A stretch of 64,000 nucleotides of DNA from Candidatus Latescibacterota bacterium (GCA_965222075.1 OZ244937.1:4096001-4160000), one strand, 5' to 3'. Positions 19,219 through 29,410 are shown, counted from the stretch's first letter. The notes: a model not told the origin generated them from the letters alone. Translations and numbers: made by a program.

Positions 19219-20700
19219 TCATCGCTCGGCTTCTCGGTCGTCAGGGTTCTCCGAGAGTTTTTTCATCATGAGCCTTATCATTTCGTTAAAGATCTTCTTG
19301 AGCACCTCCAAATTCTGTCCCGTGTACTCTTTATTATAATCGAGATCATAGGAATAAAATTTCCAGACGCAAAGATTCGAGTCTGCTTCATTATCAATGT
19401 AGAGATCAAAATTGGCACTCTGGTCCCCTTGAAAATCCCATAACTCAAAATTGATGCGAGTAGAAATAGAAACCGCGTTTTCAGGCCAGGTGTCACTCTT
19501 CTCTTCTAGCCAAAAAGTAGAAATTTTGTTGTCAGCCTTTCTTACAGAAGAATTACTATCAGAAGAATCAATACAGTGATGGAATAAGGGATACAGCACC
19601 TTGTCCGCATATTCTCTTACTTGAATTGTCTCACCTGTGCCCTTTTGGACAGAACGTTTGAAGAGTGCGATTTCTTTATCTATGTCCTCCACATCTTCAA
19701 TATCCTCTCCACGGGCGGCTTTTAGATGGAGGTTCAGGGCATATTTGCAACACTCGGCAATGTAGGTGATAAACTCAGCCAGGTCTTCGCTCTTGTCGGC
19801 CTGCTCCAGCGAGTCGATGTATCGGTTTCTCTCCTGTATGGGTATGATTGCCACCGTGTAGCCGTGCCTGATCAGGATCATGTTCATCAAAAGCCGCGCC
19901 GTGCGCCCGTTCCCATCGTCAAAAGGATGAATGTGGACGAAGCGATAGTGAAACGTGGCAGCGATGACAATGGGATGCTCGCCCTCGTCCTCTTGTCTTC
20001 TGTACCAGTCTATGAGATCGCTCATCGCTGGTTTTACCTGCTCTGGCGGCGTAAAATAGTATATCTCGCCGGTAGAGGTTCGCACGTTATTTGGCTGTGT
20101 TTTGTAGTCTCCAATAGTAATAAGTCGCTTTGTGGGCTGTCCATCCGGCGTTATGGCGTCGATTTCATAAGGCTCTTTCAACAACACTTTATGGAGATTT
20201 CGGATGAAGATCTCGTTGAGCGATTCGTTTCTTTTTATTGCGTCCTCTATCGCTTTTACCGCCTTATCATGCCCCTCAATGTCCAGATGATCGCGCATCG
20301 GCTTCCCGTGGGCAGTGAGCCCATGGAGGATCAGACTTCTCGTTTCTCCGAGAGTCAGGCTGTTGCCTTCTATGGCATTGGAGTAATAGTTCGACTCGAT
20401 CCTGAGCTTTTGCTCTATCCGACCCACGACGTCAGAAGGCAATGGCCGCAACGCGTCCAGTTCCCGTTTCAGGCGATCGATTTCTTCAATGGTCGTTGAG
20501 CCGGTCGAAGCGTTGATATGGTTCAGAGTCTGTTCCTGCGTTTCTTCGTTCCTTTCCCGCTCTGCGTCTTCTGTGGAACTGGCCGGAGGCGTAGATGGGC
20601 TGAGTGAGCCATCCTGCAGTTCTTCGTTCCTTTCCCGCTCCGTGCCTACCCATCTCTTCCAGAATTTCCAACTTTGTGTTTTTGTGTCTTTGTGTGCCAT
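19219..20700 (-). CDS. Fic family protein (class II, autoinhibited)
   Basis: HPFDDGNGRTAR Fic motif; N-terminal inhibitory motif SNAIEGN; starts immediately after the mod stop. Confidence 0.92.
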   Translation of the reverse strand: MAHKDTKTQSWKFWKRWVGTERERNEELQDGSLSPSTPPASSTEDAERERNEETQEQTLNHINASTGSTTIEEIDRLKRELDALRPLPSDVVGRIEQKLRIESNYYSNAIEGNSLTLGETRSLILHGLTAHGKPMRDHLDIEGHDKAVKAIEDAIKRNESLNEIFIRNLHKVLLKEPYEIDAITPDGQPTKRLITIGDYKTQPNNVRTSTGEIYYFTPPEQVKPAMSDLIDWYRRQEDEGEHPIVIAATFHYRFVHIHPFDDGNGRTARLLMNMILIRHGYTVAIIPIQERNRYIDSLEQADKSEDLAEFITYIAECCKYALNLHLKAARGEDIEDVEDIDKEIALFKRSVQKGTGETIQVREYADKVLYPLFHHCIDSSDSNSSVRKADNKISTFWLEEKSDTWPENAVSISTRINFELWDFQGDQSANFDLYIDNEADSNLCVWKFYSYDLDYNKEYTGQNLEVLKKIFNEMIRLMMKKLSENPDDREAER

Positions 20701-23700
20701 TTATTTCCCCGTTTCCGCGAACATTCGTCGCTTAAACACCGGCTCCAGTGCCCTGGCCTCGCGGATGAACGAATCGCCGTTGACATAGACCTCATCCACG
20801 CCTTCGGTTAATTGCTGCTCGGCCACGAAGTCCTTGTCTCGCTCGAAGTCTGGCTTCTGCCAGCCCTCGGTTTCTCGCCAGATAACCCCCACCCTGCGCC
20901 CTTCGCGCGTTTGGCCGCGATAGACCAGGTATCGCCGACCTTCGTCGTAATACACGCGCCGCGTCTCGACGCGCAGGCCGAGCAGGTAGTTGAACGTCTC
21001 CGGGATGTCGGCGATCTGCTTCCGCGTCTGGCCGTCGGCGTGAATATGCAGCGTATAGCGGAATGGCTGCGATAGCTTCTTCACGTTGAGCAACGTCTCG
21101 CTGCGCCTGGTTTCCCATTGGAGCATGTACTTGAGCAGGTAGTCGTCAAATTGCAACGCTTGCTGGGCAGAAGCCTCGTCGAAGTCGATGTTGTTCAGGG
21201 CGTCCTCGTAGGATTCCAAGCGCATATATTTGACAATACGGGGACTGCGCCTGGCTTCTTCCGGCGTTGCCATGCACCTGGGCTTGCCGTCTTTCCATTC
21301 GGGCGTGAATGTGATCTTTTTGATACGCGGCAGGAGCACGGTGTCGAAGTAATCTCCCATCTCCACCAGAATGAACTTGCGCTGCCCGCCATCCTCACGG
21401 TTGAGGTTGATGACCGCGTGGCCGGTGGTGCCGGAGCCTGCAAAATAATCAACACAATAGTCGCCATCGTACAACTGACAAACCCGTAGGCAATCTGCAA
21501 CTGTGTAAACTGACTTAGGAAAGGAAAAAGCATTGGACGAACCCAAGATGTGGGCAAGTAGATTCGTACCGTAGTCGGTTGCGGAGTATTTCTTATCGAT
21601 CCATAAAGTTGACGGTAAAGTGCCCTGCTTCAGGCGTGACTTCATATAAATGCCTAACTTTCCCATTCTATCCGGTCTCGCGGTGAGATCGGAAATTTTC
21701 TTAATCGCCGTTTCGTGCCCCCATTTCCAAGTCTTCTCTTCCCCCTTCGCATTTACGGGGTATACAATTACCTCTCCCTTGACTGGTTCGGAGAAAGATT
21801 CCCATTTCCCTTCACTACTGTTCCAGACAAAGGATGGAATTCTAACCGTGCCAGAATCACTCGCGTAGATCGGATAGAATAGCCTGGGTCTAGCAAACCG
21901 GTTTGCGTTGTAACCACCGTGCTTTCTGAAATTCACTAACTCGAACTGACTTTTAGCATCCCGTTCTTTGTATCTTGCTATCTGATCTTCCGACTTTGGC
22001 AAACGGCCAACAACCGTAGGGCTGGTATTTGCGACAAATATTGCATATTCGTGAGCGACCGAAAAACCCGTTAGATTCGACCGACCTGCAGGATTGCTAC
22101 GAATAATCGCGGTTCCTAAGACGGCATCCTTTCCAAAGACGCTCGACAGAGCGTCACGTAGACGATGGTATTCAGAATCGTCGATTGCCACACACAACGT
22201 TCCTGGGGAATTCACCAACGTCATAGCGATGACAAGCCGGTCATTCATGAGCGAGAGCCATGATGAGTGCTTATAATCATTCTTGTAAAGGATTTCGGAT
22301 GCAGCGGTATTAAACGGCGGATCTATATACACGCATTTCACGTCATATCGATTCTTCTCAAAGAGAAAATTGAGTGCTTGCCAGTTTTCGCTGTGGATGA
22401 GCAGGCCGTCGGTCATCTCGTCCAAATCGCCAAAACTGCCCAACAGCCGGTCTACGAACCTCTGGTCGAAATGTCTGGTATCGAGCACGAGTGTCGGATG
22501 CGTCTTCAGAAAGGCGACGCGCTTGCCTGTTTTGTTCTTGCCCGAGTTGAACAGGTCGGTTTGATCTTCGTCGATGCCGAACAATTCTGTCCACTCGGCC
22601 CATTGCGGTTCACATCCGGCAATGTCGGGGTAAAAGCTTTCGCCAATGTTGCCAACCGTGATGCAGTATTGCGTGTCAGTGACGAACTTGCGCTTCTCCC
22701 AGAGCATTTTCTGAAAGTTCTCAATCTGATCCAGAAAATCGATGATCCGGCCGCCGACGGAGCGGACCGTCCGCATCATCTGGAACCAGCCCTCAGCACG
22801 ATCCTCGCCGGCCGCTTCCATCTCGTCGAGGCTCAGCACTTCGTTCTTGAGATAGAAATCGAGTTCGCGGGCGAGAAAGCCCTTCAGGTCTTTGTGGATG
22901 AAGAAGTCAGAGGTGTTGCGCCGGGTGTACTGGCGCAGGTGGTGTTCGAGGAGGGTGATTGGCTCGCTATCGCTATTCTGAGATTTTTCAGCCGTCAGTG
23001 CAGCCAATGGGTCTTGCGTTTTTTTCAACTGCTCGGGGATCTCTTTCAGGGCCTGGGTGATGATCTTTTCCTGCTGATTCTTTTTGCCGTAGGTGATTTC
23101 CTCCTGTGCAGTCAGGGGCCGGTACTCAAAGGGGATTTTGAGCCGGCTGGCCTTCTCATCATAGGTGACGGCGCACGGCAGGAAAAACCGCTTGTCACCC
23201 TTGACGTTGTCCTTTTCGACATCAGCCGCCTGAAGTTTGAAATGCACCGCAACCCCGCGTGCCGCAAACGAATAGTCGTGGAAGTGCTCGGCGGTCTTGA
23301 CGTAGTACTGGTCGCTGTTGGCCCAATGGAGGTGGACCTCTTCGCCATTGTAGGGGATGGCGTACCGCTGGTTCCTGGAGTAGCGGCGCTTTGAGATGAA
23401 GTCGCCGTCCTGATAATAGCGGCTAAAGAAGGCGTACAGGTGGTTGAAGATCACGGTTTCGAGGGCATCGCGGCCGCCACCGCCACCGACCTTTTTCTTC
23501 AGGTCCTCGTACTTCTTTCCGATCTCGGACGCCTGGAATTTGACGAGATTGCCGTCGGCATCAATGGCGTCAGTGGCCAGCGTACTTTTTATCTGCTGGG
23601 CGACTTCCTCCAGCTCTTTGGCGGCCTGGTTCTGATCGGCCAACGCGCCGATGTTCAGTTCCTCGGCTATGGCATTTGGCAAGTCCTCCGCGATAAACCG

Positions 23701-23817
23701 CTCGATTACGTCCCGCTTGTGATTCATGATGCGGTAGATGCCGAAGTCCAGGTCGGCGCAGTCGAACTGGAACAATTCGCGCAAAAGGCTCTGAAATTTC
23801 TTCAGCGACTCATTCAT
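20701..23817 (-). CDS. mod: Type III R-M Mod subunit (N6-adenine DNA methyltransferase)
   Basis: DLDFGIYRIMN N-terminus, YIDPPFNT (motif IV), DYFAGSGTTGHA (motif I), with the TRD between them. Confidence 0.9.
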   Translation of the reverse strand: MNESLKKFQSLLRELFQFDCADLDFGIYRIMNHKRDVIERFIAEDLPNAIAEELNIGALADQNQAAKELEEVAQQIKSTLATDAIDADGNLVKFQASEIGKKYEDLKKKVGGGGGRDALETVIFNHLYAFFSRYYQDGDFISKRRYSRNQRYAIPYNGEEVHLHWANSDQYYVKTAEHFHDYSFAARGVAVHFKLQAADVEKDNVKGDKRFFLPCAVTYDEKASRLKIPFEYRPLTAQEEITYGKKNQQEKIITQALKEIPEQLKKTQDPLAALTAEKSQNSDSEPITLLEHHLRQYTRRNTSDFFIHKDLKGFLARELDFYLKNEVLSLDEMEAAGEDRAEGWFQMMRTVRSVGGRIIDFLDQIENFQKMLWEKRKFVTDTQYCITVGNIGESFYPDIAGCEPQWAEWTELFGIDEDQTDLFNSGKNKTGKRVAFLKTHPTLVLDTRHFDQRFVDRLLGSFGDLDEMTDGLLIHSENWQALNFLFEKNRYDVKCVYIDPPFNTAASEILYKNDYKHSSWLSLMNDRLVIAMTLVNSPGTLCVAIDDSEYHRLRDALSSVFGKDAVLGTAIIRSNPAGRSNLTGFSVAHEYAIFVANTSPTVVGRLPKSEDQIARYKERDAKSQFELVNFRKHGGYNANRFARPRLFYPIYASDSGTVRIPSFVWNSSEGKWESFSEPVKGEVIVYPVNAKGEEKTWKWGHETAIKKISDLTARPDRMGKLGIYMKSRLKQGTLPSTLWIDKKYSATDYGTNLLAHILGSSNAFSFPKSVYTVADCLRVCQLYDGDYCVDYFAGSGTTGHAVINLNREDGGQRKFILVEMGDYFDTVLLPRIKKITFTPEWKDGKPRCMATPEEARRSPRIVKYMRLESYEDALNNIDFDEASAQQALQFDDYLLKYMLQWETRRSETLLNVKKLSQPFRYTLHIHADGQTRKQIADIPETFNYLLGLRVETRRVYYDEGRRYLVYRGQTREGRRVGVIWRETEGWQKPDFERDKDFVAEQQLTEGVDEVYVNGDSFIREARALEPVFKRRMFAETGK

Positions 23818-23994
23818 CAGTTGCTATCTCCGGTTCCGTGGAAAGTAACCCGCGGACTCACAAAATTGACTTGGAAGTGGTCCAAATGGGGGGAATCGGG
23901 CTGATATTTGAGGGTTTTGAAGTGGGCTTCCGAATAACGGAAAGTAGGAGGGATAACCGTTGTCAAGGGTATTGCTTCGGTCCGAGGTTCCGGC

Positions 23995-24666
23995 TTAGAA
24001 GCTGCTGCTTAGAAAATAACCTTTCGGTAGATACTCAGGTCCAACTGTTCTTTTGCTCTTGGCCTTTTTCTTGCACGCCCAAGAAAAAGGCCCAAAAAGA
24101 AGGGCGCCTGCCTGCGCGGCGCACCGCGCTGCAGGCAGGCCGCTCAAGCGCCGCGGGGGCTGCTTTTCCGCGAATTGCCCCTGGGGTCGATATGTGCGTT
24201 TGTGTCCTGCGAGCGTTTAGGGATTCACGCGGCGAAGGCGCTGGAGGGAACCGCGCGGAAAAGCCCCTTCCCTCCGCACCGAACGCGCTGGAGGCGAAAC
24301 GCGTGAGAGGGCGTGTACGGATTACAGCACAAGTCTGTCAACGCAACTATTTTCATCATCATGGGTGCTCCAGAGGGCGCATGACAACTGTCTTAAAACC
24401 CCCAGCGGTCTTCGCGCGGCTGCAAAAGCGTCGGCCTGTCTGCCTGCTTGCGCCTGCCTGTGCGTGTCCGCACGCAGACAGGCGTTGCGCGCAGGCAAGC
24501 GTGCTCCGCACAGGCAGGTCGGCGTTGGTCAAACCCACCTGCCTGTGCCGTGCCCGGCACGGCAGACAGGCCCGTATCTTAAGGATATGGGCGGGTCTTC
24601 CCGCCTGGACCGACACCTTTTCGCTCGCGCTTGGGAACTCACCAGGAATTTTGAGATGGCTTCTTA
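23995..24666. mobile_element. MITE-like modular repeat, copy 3 (composite, nested palindromes)
   Basis: TTA|GAAGCTG...GAATTTTGAGATGGCTTC|TTA; first ~290 bp match copy 1; right TTA is the TonB receptor stop codon. Confidence 0.8.
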
Positions 24667-27549
24667 GAATTCGGCGGTTAAACCAGTCGTTACCAGGCGG
24701 CCGATTTCCGGGGCCCCGACAAAATCCCGATGTTTTTTGCCGGATAGGTTGGAGGCGTTCAGGACGAGAGAGACGGATCCGTTTGAGATGTTCAGGGGCA
24801 GTTTGTAGTTCAGGTTCACGTCGAAGACCGTGGAAGCTTCTACATCGCCTACGTAAACACCGGAGTTCATGGGGAATCCGTCTCTGTAGCGGAGGCGAGC
24901 TCCCAGCCGGAGGCCAGATTGGGGCACTTTGACGGTTGTGCCCAGGCTGAATTTGTTACGCGGGGCATTGAGTGCGATATCGGCAATGCCGCCCAGGTTT
25001 TTGAACAGGTCCTTGTTGACATGGGAGTAGCTGCCCGTAAAGGACCACCGATTATTGGGATAATAAGCAAAGCTGAGGTCCAGGCCGTAAACATCGACAT
25101 TCCCGAAGTTGCGGTAGGTTAACATCACCGCCGTGGGGTCGGTGACCTGGTCGGGGGTGACGGTGCCGAAAGGGATGAAGGCGGCGCCGTTATTATTTGT
25201 GCCTGCCACAAAAAGACGGGTAAGTTCGTCTACGGGTGTGTTGTTTGCATTGCCACCCTGAGTTGGAGAATCGAGGATTGCGAGCGCGCGCGCCAACAGG
25301 GCTGCAGAGGGGTGTTGCAGGGCCTGTGCAAGCGCGGTGGATAGGGAGGCGGTGAGGGCGGCGGGATCCAAAAAGACGTTTGGCGTTTCCACACGTATAG
25401 GACCTACAAAGTCCCGGGTGCGGGTGCGGTAGACATCGGCAGCGAAGACAAAACGGTTTTGGAAGACACCTTTATACCCCAGTTCAAAGGTTTCGGTGAT
25501 GGTGGGTTTAGTTTTGGCAATATCCCGCACGGAATTTTGCAGGTTTGAAACGGGGTCGAAGCCGGCGGTTTCAGGGTTCAGAACCCTGAGGGTGTTCCGC
25601 AGGCCGGGCAGGGTCTGAGGTACGATATTTTCAAAGGCGCCGGCCAGGGCGTCGGCCTGCTGGGCTGCGATGGAGGGAATCTGTTCGGGGGGGACCTGGG
25701 CCGCGGCGAGTTGTCCGGAAATGATGGCGGTGGCAAGTTCTTTAAGGGAGGGCACAAAAGCATTTAAAACAGCGCCCCGGCTGAGACTCCACATGACGTT
25801 GGTAAACTGAGGATCGTGTAGCGGGATTTGCTGCTCAAGCGACAGGCCGGCAACCGGAGCAAAGGGAGAACGGAAGGTGGGCAGGCCGGCAAGATCCCGG
25901 TTAAAGGTGAATCCGTCCTGAGTTCCCTGGGCGCGGATGTCGAATTTGGGGCTGTATCCCAACACCGGTTGAAAGCTTCGTCCTGTACCGTAGGCATCCC
26001 TGGCTTGTAAGATGTCCAGGAAGTAATTGCTGGTGGAAGGCGTGCCATAAGCCCGGTTGTAGGTCAATCTCAGGGTTTGCAACGGGTCGGGTTTGACAAC
26101 CAGGGCGGCCCGGGGGGAGAAGACCGGGTTTTCGATGTGGTTATGGTGGTCCAGCCGAACGGCCGCAACCAGGTCCAGATGGTCCGTTAGCGCGTTGTCG
26201 TTTTGCAGGTAAACACCCAGTTCGTTGATGGCGTCTCTATCTTCGTTGGCGCCGTTGATGGTGCCTTCGGTATCCGGGCGGGTGAGCAGGCCATCCACGC
26301 CGTAGGTGAGCCGGTGGCGTTCAGCCAGGGTCAGGGTGTGCTGGGCCTGAAGAACGGTGAGGGTGGATTTGTCGACGATGGGGGCGTTGGTGCGTAAGAG
26401 GCGGGTATCGCCCGCGTCGCTGCGGTTATGGAAGACCTGCATGAAAGCGTCTTTGTAAAGAAGGCGTGTCTGGAGGGATATGTACGTCCAGTCCTTTATC
26501 TGGCCTGCACCGATTCCGGTCATTTCGATGTTGTTGATTCGGGTAAAGCTGGTGGAGAAAATGGCGGTCATGTCTTCATTGGGCCGAATATCCAGCCGAA
26601 GTTCCCCGCTGGCGCGGCTTTGGTTGTAATCCCTTGGATTGCTGCCACGCAGGCGGATTTCCTCGGGGTCTTTGTATCTCCAGTCTGTCCCAGCAACGTA
26701 TTGGCCGGAGATTTTGAAGCCGACTTTGTCAGCGCTACCCGCGTGGCGGAAGGAGAATTTACGCAAACTGCGTTCACCTCCAACCGCGGTGACGGAGGTG
26801 CCTTCGGAGCCGAAGGGCGACCGGGTAATAATGTGCATCACGCCGTTTGCGCTGTTGGGGCCGTAGAGGGCGGCGCCGGGACCCAGGACCACTTCGATAC
26901 GTTCGATGTCATGGTTTGTGACGGGGACCAGAGAATGCACGTTGACCCGCAGAGATGGCACACGGGTAATGCGGTTGTCTACCAGCGTGAGCAGGGCGCC
27001 TGAAAAGACGTTGTTGAAGCCGCGCACAACGGTATGGCCCTGGGCCAGGCCGGTCTGGACATTGTCTACGGCGGGCGTTCCGGCGATGTATTCCGCTGCG
27101 CTCAATCCGAGGTGATCCTTTGCTTCTTCGGATTCAACAACGGTGACCGAGGCGGGGGCGTCCAGAATTTTTTCTTTTCGGCGGGAAGCGGAGACAATTA
27201 TCTGGTCTCCGTAGAACACCTCGACGGTTAAGGTGAAGTTGAGTTCAATAACGCTGTCGGCCACAATTTCGATGTTCCTTCTCGTAGCTGTTTGATATCC
27301 GACAAAGGAGACGGCAACTTCATAAATACCATGGGTTAGATTTTTGACCTCATACATGCCATCTTTATCGGTTATAACGCCAACAGGATCGGTTAGCACG
27401 GGGCTTTGGAGGATGATGTTAGCGCCGGAGAGGGGCTCACCCCGGTCATCGGAGACCTGTCCCTGTAAGGCACCTCTGCCCTGGGCAAATACAGGCGTGG
27501 TAAAGCATAACAGCAGGACCAGGGCCGTTTTAGCGGATGTCATAAGCAC
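24664..27549 (-). CDS. TonB-dependent receptor with N-terminal carboxypeptidase-regulatory-like domain
   Basis: Signal peptide; IIVSASRRKEKILDAPASVTV; IERIEVVLGPGAALYGPN plug; C-terminal F. Confidence 0.93.
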   Translation of the reverse strand: MLMTSAKTALVLLLCFTTPVFAQGRGALQGQVSDDRGEPLSGANIILQSPVLTDPVGVITDKDGMYEVKNLTHGIYEVAVSFVGYQTATRRNIEIVADSVIELNFTLTVEVFYGDQIIVSASRRKEKILDAPASVTVVESEEAKDHLGLSAAEYIAGTPAVDNVQTGLAQGHTVVRGFNNVFSGALLTLVDNRITRVPSLRVNVHSLVPVTNHDIERIEVVLGPGAALYGPNSANGVMHIITRSPFGSEGTSVTAVGGERSLRKFSFRHAGSADKVGFKISGQYVAGTDWRYKDPEEIRLRGSNPRDYNQSRASGELRLDIRPNEDMTAIFSTSFTRINNIEMTGIGAGQIKDWTYISLQTRLLYKDAFMQVFHNRSDAGDTRLLRTNAPIVDKSTLTVLQAQHTLTLAERHRLTYGVDGLLTRPDTEGTINGANEDRDAINELGVYLQNDNALTDHLDLVAAVRLDHHNHIENPVFSPRAALVVKPDPLQTLRLTYNRAYGTPSTSNYFLDILQARDAYGTGRSFQPVLGYSPKFDIRAQGTQDGFTFNRDLAGLPTFRSPFAPVAGLSLEQQIPLHDPQFTNVMWSLSRGAVLNAFVPSLKELATAIISGQLAAAQVPPEQIPSIAAQQADALAGAFENIVPQTLPGLRNTLRVLNPETAGFDPVSNLQNSVRDIAKTKPTITETFELGYKGVFQNRFVFAADVYRTRTRDFVGPIRVETPNVFLDPAALTASLSTALAQALQHPSAALLARALAILDSPTQGGNANNTPVDELTRLFVAGTNNNGAAFIPFGTVTPDQVTDPTAVMLTYRNFGNVDVYGLDLSFAYYPNNRWSFTGSYSHVNKDLFKNLGGIADIALNAPRNKFSLGTTVKVPQSGLRLGARLRYRDGFPMNSGVYVGDVEASTVFDVNLNYKLPLNISNGSVSLVLNASNLSGKKHRDFVGAPEIGRLVTTGLTAEF

Positions 27550-28008
27550 ATTCCTCCCTCGCGGTTGATTTCGGCGTTTCGGAAGTCAGTTCCGAGGACA
27601 GAAAATTCGCAAGACTTTTTCTGGTTTTAAAACACACCGGGACTACCTTCGGCAAGCTCGGGACGGGCTTCTCCGGCTTGCGGGTGGTCGTTGGTTGGTA
27701 CAATATAATATATGAAATTTTATTTTTATATGAAAATTTTTTATAGGTTGGGAAGTTTACCGGAGGGAGGTCCGATGAGAGAGGTGACAGGGGGGGGAAC
27801 TGGAACATCGCCAAATTCACCACCTCCCACCCTCCTGAAGATCTCCGGACCAGCGCGCCAAAACCCTTGACGCTGCGCTGAAAAACCATCATTTTTTTCT
27901 TGTCAGACAGCATATTATACGGTAGTTTTATGAATAGAACTTGTGGCTATGTACTTAACCGGGCAACCTCTGCCTGCCGACTTTCCCCTTTTTACCTGGA
28001 GACCTTCC

Positions 28009-29388
28009 ATGCTGGATCCCAAATTCCTCTTCGATGACCAAAAAATGCAGGAATTCATCGCCAACGGCTTCACTTTCATCAAGGCGGACCTCCCGCCCGA
28101 ACTCCACGAGGCCATCTACCGGAAAACCGAGGAAGTCTTTGAGAAAGAGGGCAATCCGGGGAACAACGTCCTCCCCAGGATTCCCGAACTTCAGCAGGTC
28201 TTCGACCACCCCGCCGTCCAGGGCGCCTTCACCAGCATCCTGGGTCCCGGGCACGTCATGCACACCCACCGCCACTGCCACATCAACAAGCTTCAAAGCG
28301 AGGGTGGGAGATGCCACAAAGACAGCTACTGGGGCTACCAGAAGGTGCGCTACCACCGCAACCGGTGGGCTATGGCCTTCTATTACCCCCAGGATGTCAG
28401 TCTGGAAAACGGCCCCACCGCGGTCGTGCCGGGAACCCACTACTACATGGACCGGATCGAAAATCTGGACGAATTGACCCGGCCTGTTCTGGGCGAGGCC
28501 GGCACCATCGCGGTTGTCCACTTCGACATCTGGCACCGGGCCATGCCCAACCGCACCGACCGGAACCGCTACATGATGAAGTTCCAGTTCACCCGGATGG
28601 AGGAACCGCAGCAGCCCTCGTGGAGCAACCGGGAGGCGTCCTGGTCCGGCGCCGAAGTCGGTGACAAACATCGGGTGATCTGGTCGCAAATGTGGGACTG
28701 GTCCCTGGCCCGGCAAAGAAACGGCGGCACCCTCGAAAACGGAAACGTCGCCGAACTCACCCGAACCCTCCAGGACGACGGCGAAACCGACCGCCTCAAC
28801 GCCGCCTATGCCCTGGGCGCAATCGGCGAACCCGCCATCCCCGGCCTCATCCAGACCTTGCAGGGAGAAAACGAGGCTGCGCAGCTTAACGCCGCCTACG
28901 CCCTCTCGGCCGTGGGCGAACCCGCCCTGCCCGCCCTCACCGCTGCCCTCAAGCACGAAAACGAGCGGGTCCGAGGCCACGCGGCCTTTGCCCTGGGCGA
29001 CATCGGCCCCGCTGCTGCTGACGCTGTGCCTGCACTGACGAAAACCCTGAATGACCCTTCCGAGTGGGTCCGCCACCACGCTGCCGAGGCTCTGGGCACC
29101 ATCGCTCAAAACGCCGATGCCGCTGTACCCGCACTGGGGCAGGCGTTAAAAGACGGCGACGGGCAGGTCCGGTACACCGCCGCCTATGCTCTCGCCCGGT
29201 TCGGTCCTGCGGCTCAGGCGGCTGTGCCTGCACTGCGCGACGCCTTACACGACGACAACCGCTATGCGTCCGGCCATTCAACCCTGGCACTGCAGCGCAT
29301 CGGAACCCCCGAAGCCACAGAGATCCTGCTCGATTTCCTGACCACCTCCCGGTGGTGTCCTCTCACTTCAAAAGAAAGTACGTATTAA
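28009..29388 (+). CDS. phytanoyl-CoA dioxygenase (PhyH) family protein with C-terminal HEAT repeats
   Basis: HKD, NGPTAVVPGTH, WHRA; repeats of AAYALG/AVPAL..L.D..VR. Confidence 0.88.
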   Translation: MLDPKFLFDDQKMQEFIANGFTFIKADLPPELHEAIYRKTEEVFEKEGNPGNNVLPRIPELQQVFDHPAVQGAFTSILGPGHVMHTHRHCHINKLQSEGGRCHKDSYWGYQKVRYHRNRWAMAFYYPQDVSLENGPTAVVPGTHYYMDRIENLDELTRPVLGEAGTIAVVHFDIWHRAMPNRTDRNRYMMKFQFTRMEEPQQPSWSNREASWSGAEVGDKHRVIWSQMWDWSLARQRNGGTLENGNVAELTRTLQDDGETDRLNAAYALGAIGEPAIPGLIQTLQGENEAAQLNAAYALSAVGEPALPALTAALKHENERVRGHAAFALGDIGPAAADAVPALTKTLNDPSEWVRHHAAEALGTIAQNADAAVPALGQALKDGDGQVRYTAAYALARFGPAAQAAVPALRDALHDDNRYASGHSTLALQRIGTPEATEILLDFLTTSRWCPLTSKESTY

Positions 29389-29410
29389 AAATATCGAATA
29401 CCGAACAAGG

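Noticed and set aside
24400-24580. Clustered palindromic repeats as a CRISPR array
   Set aside because: No constant-length repeat-spacer periodicity and no cas genes.
23838-24932. 364-aa ORF across the MITE-like repeat (also 1499-1985 and 12514-12921 ORFs)
   Set aside because: Low-complexity translation of repeats, frames not conserved between copies, and no transposase motifs.
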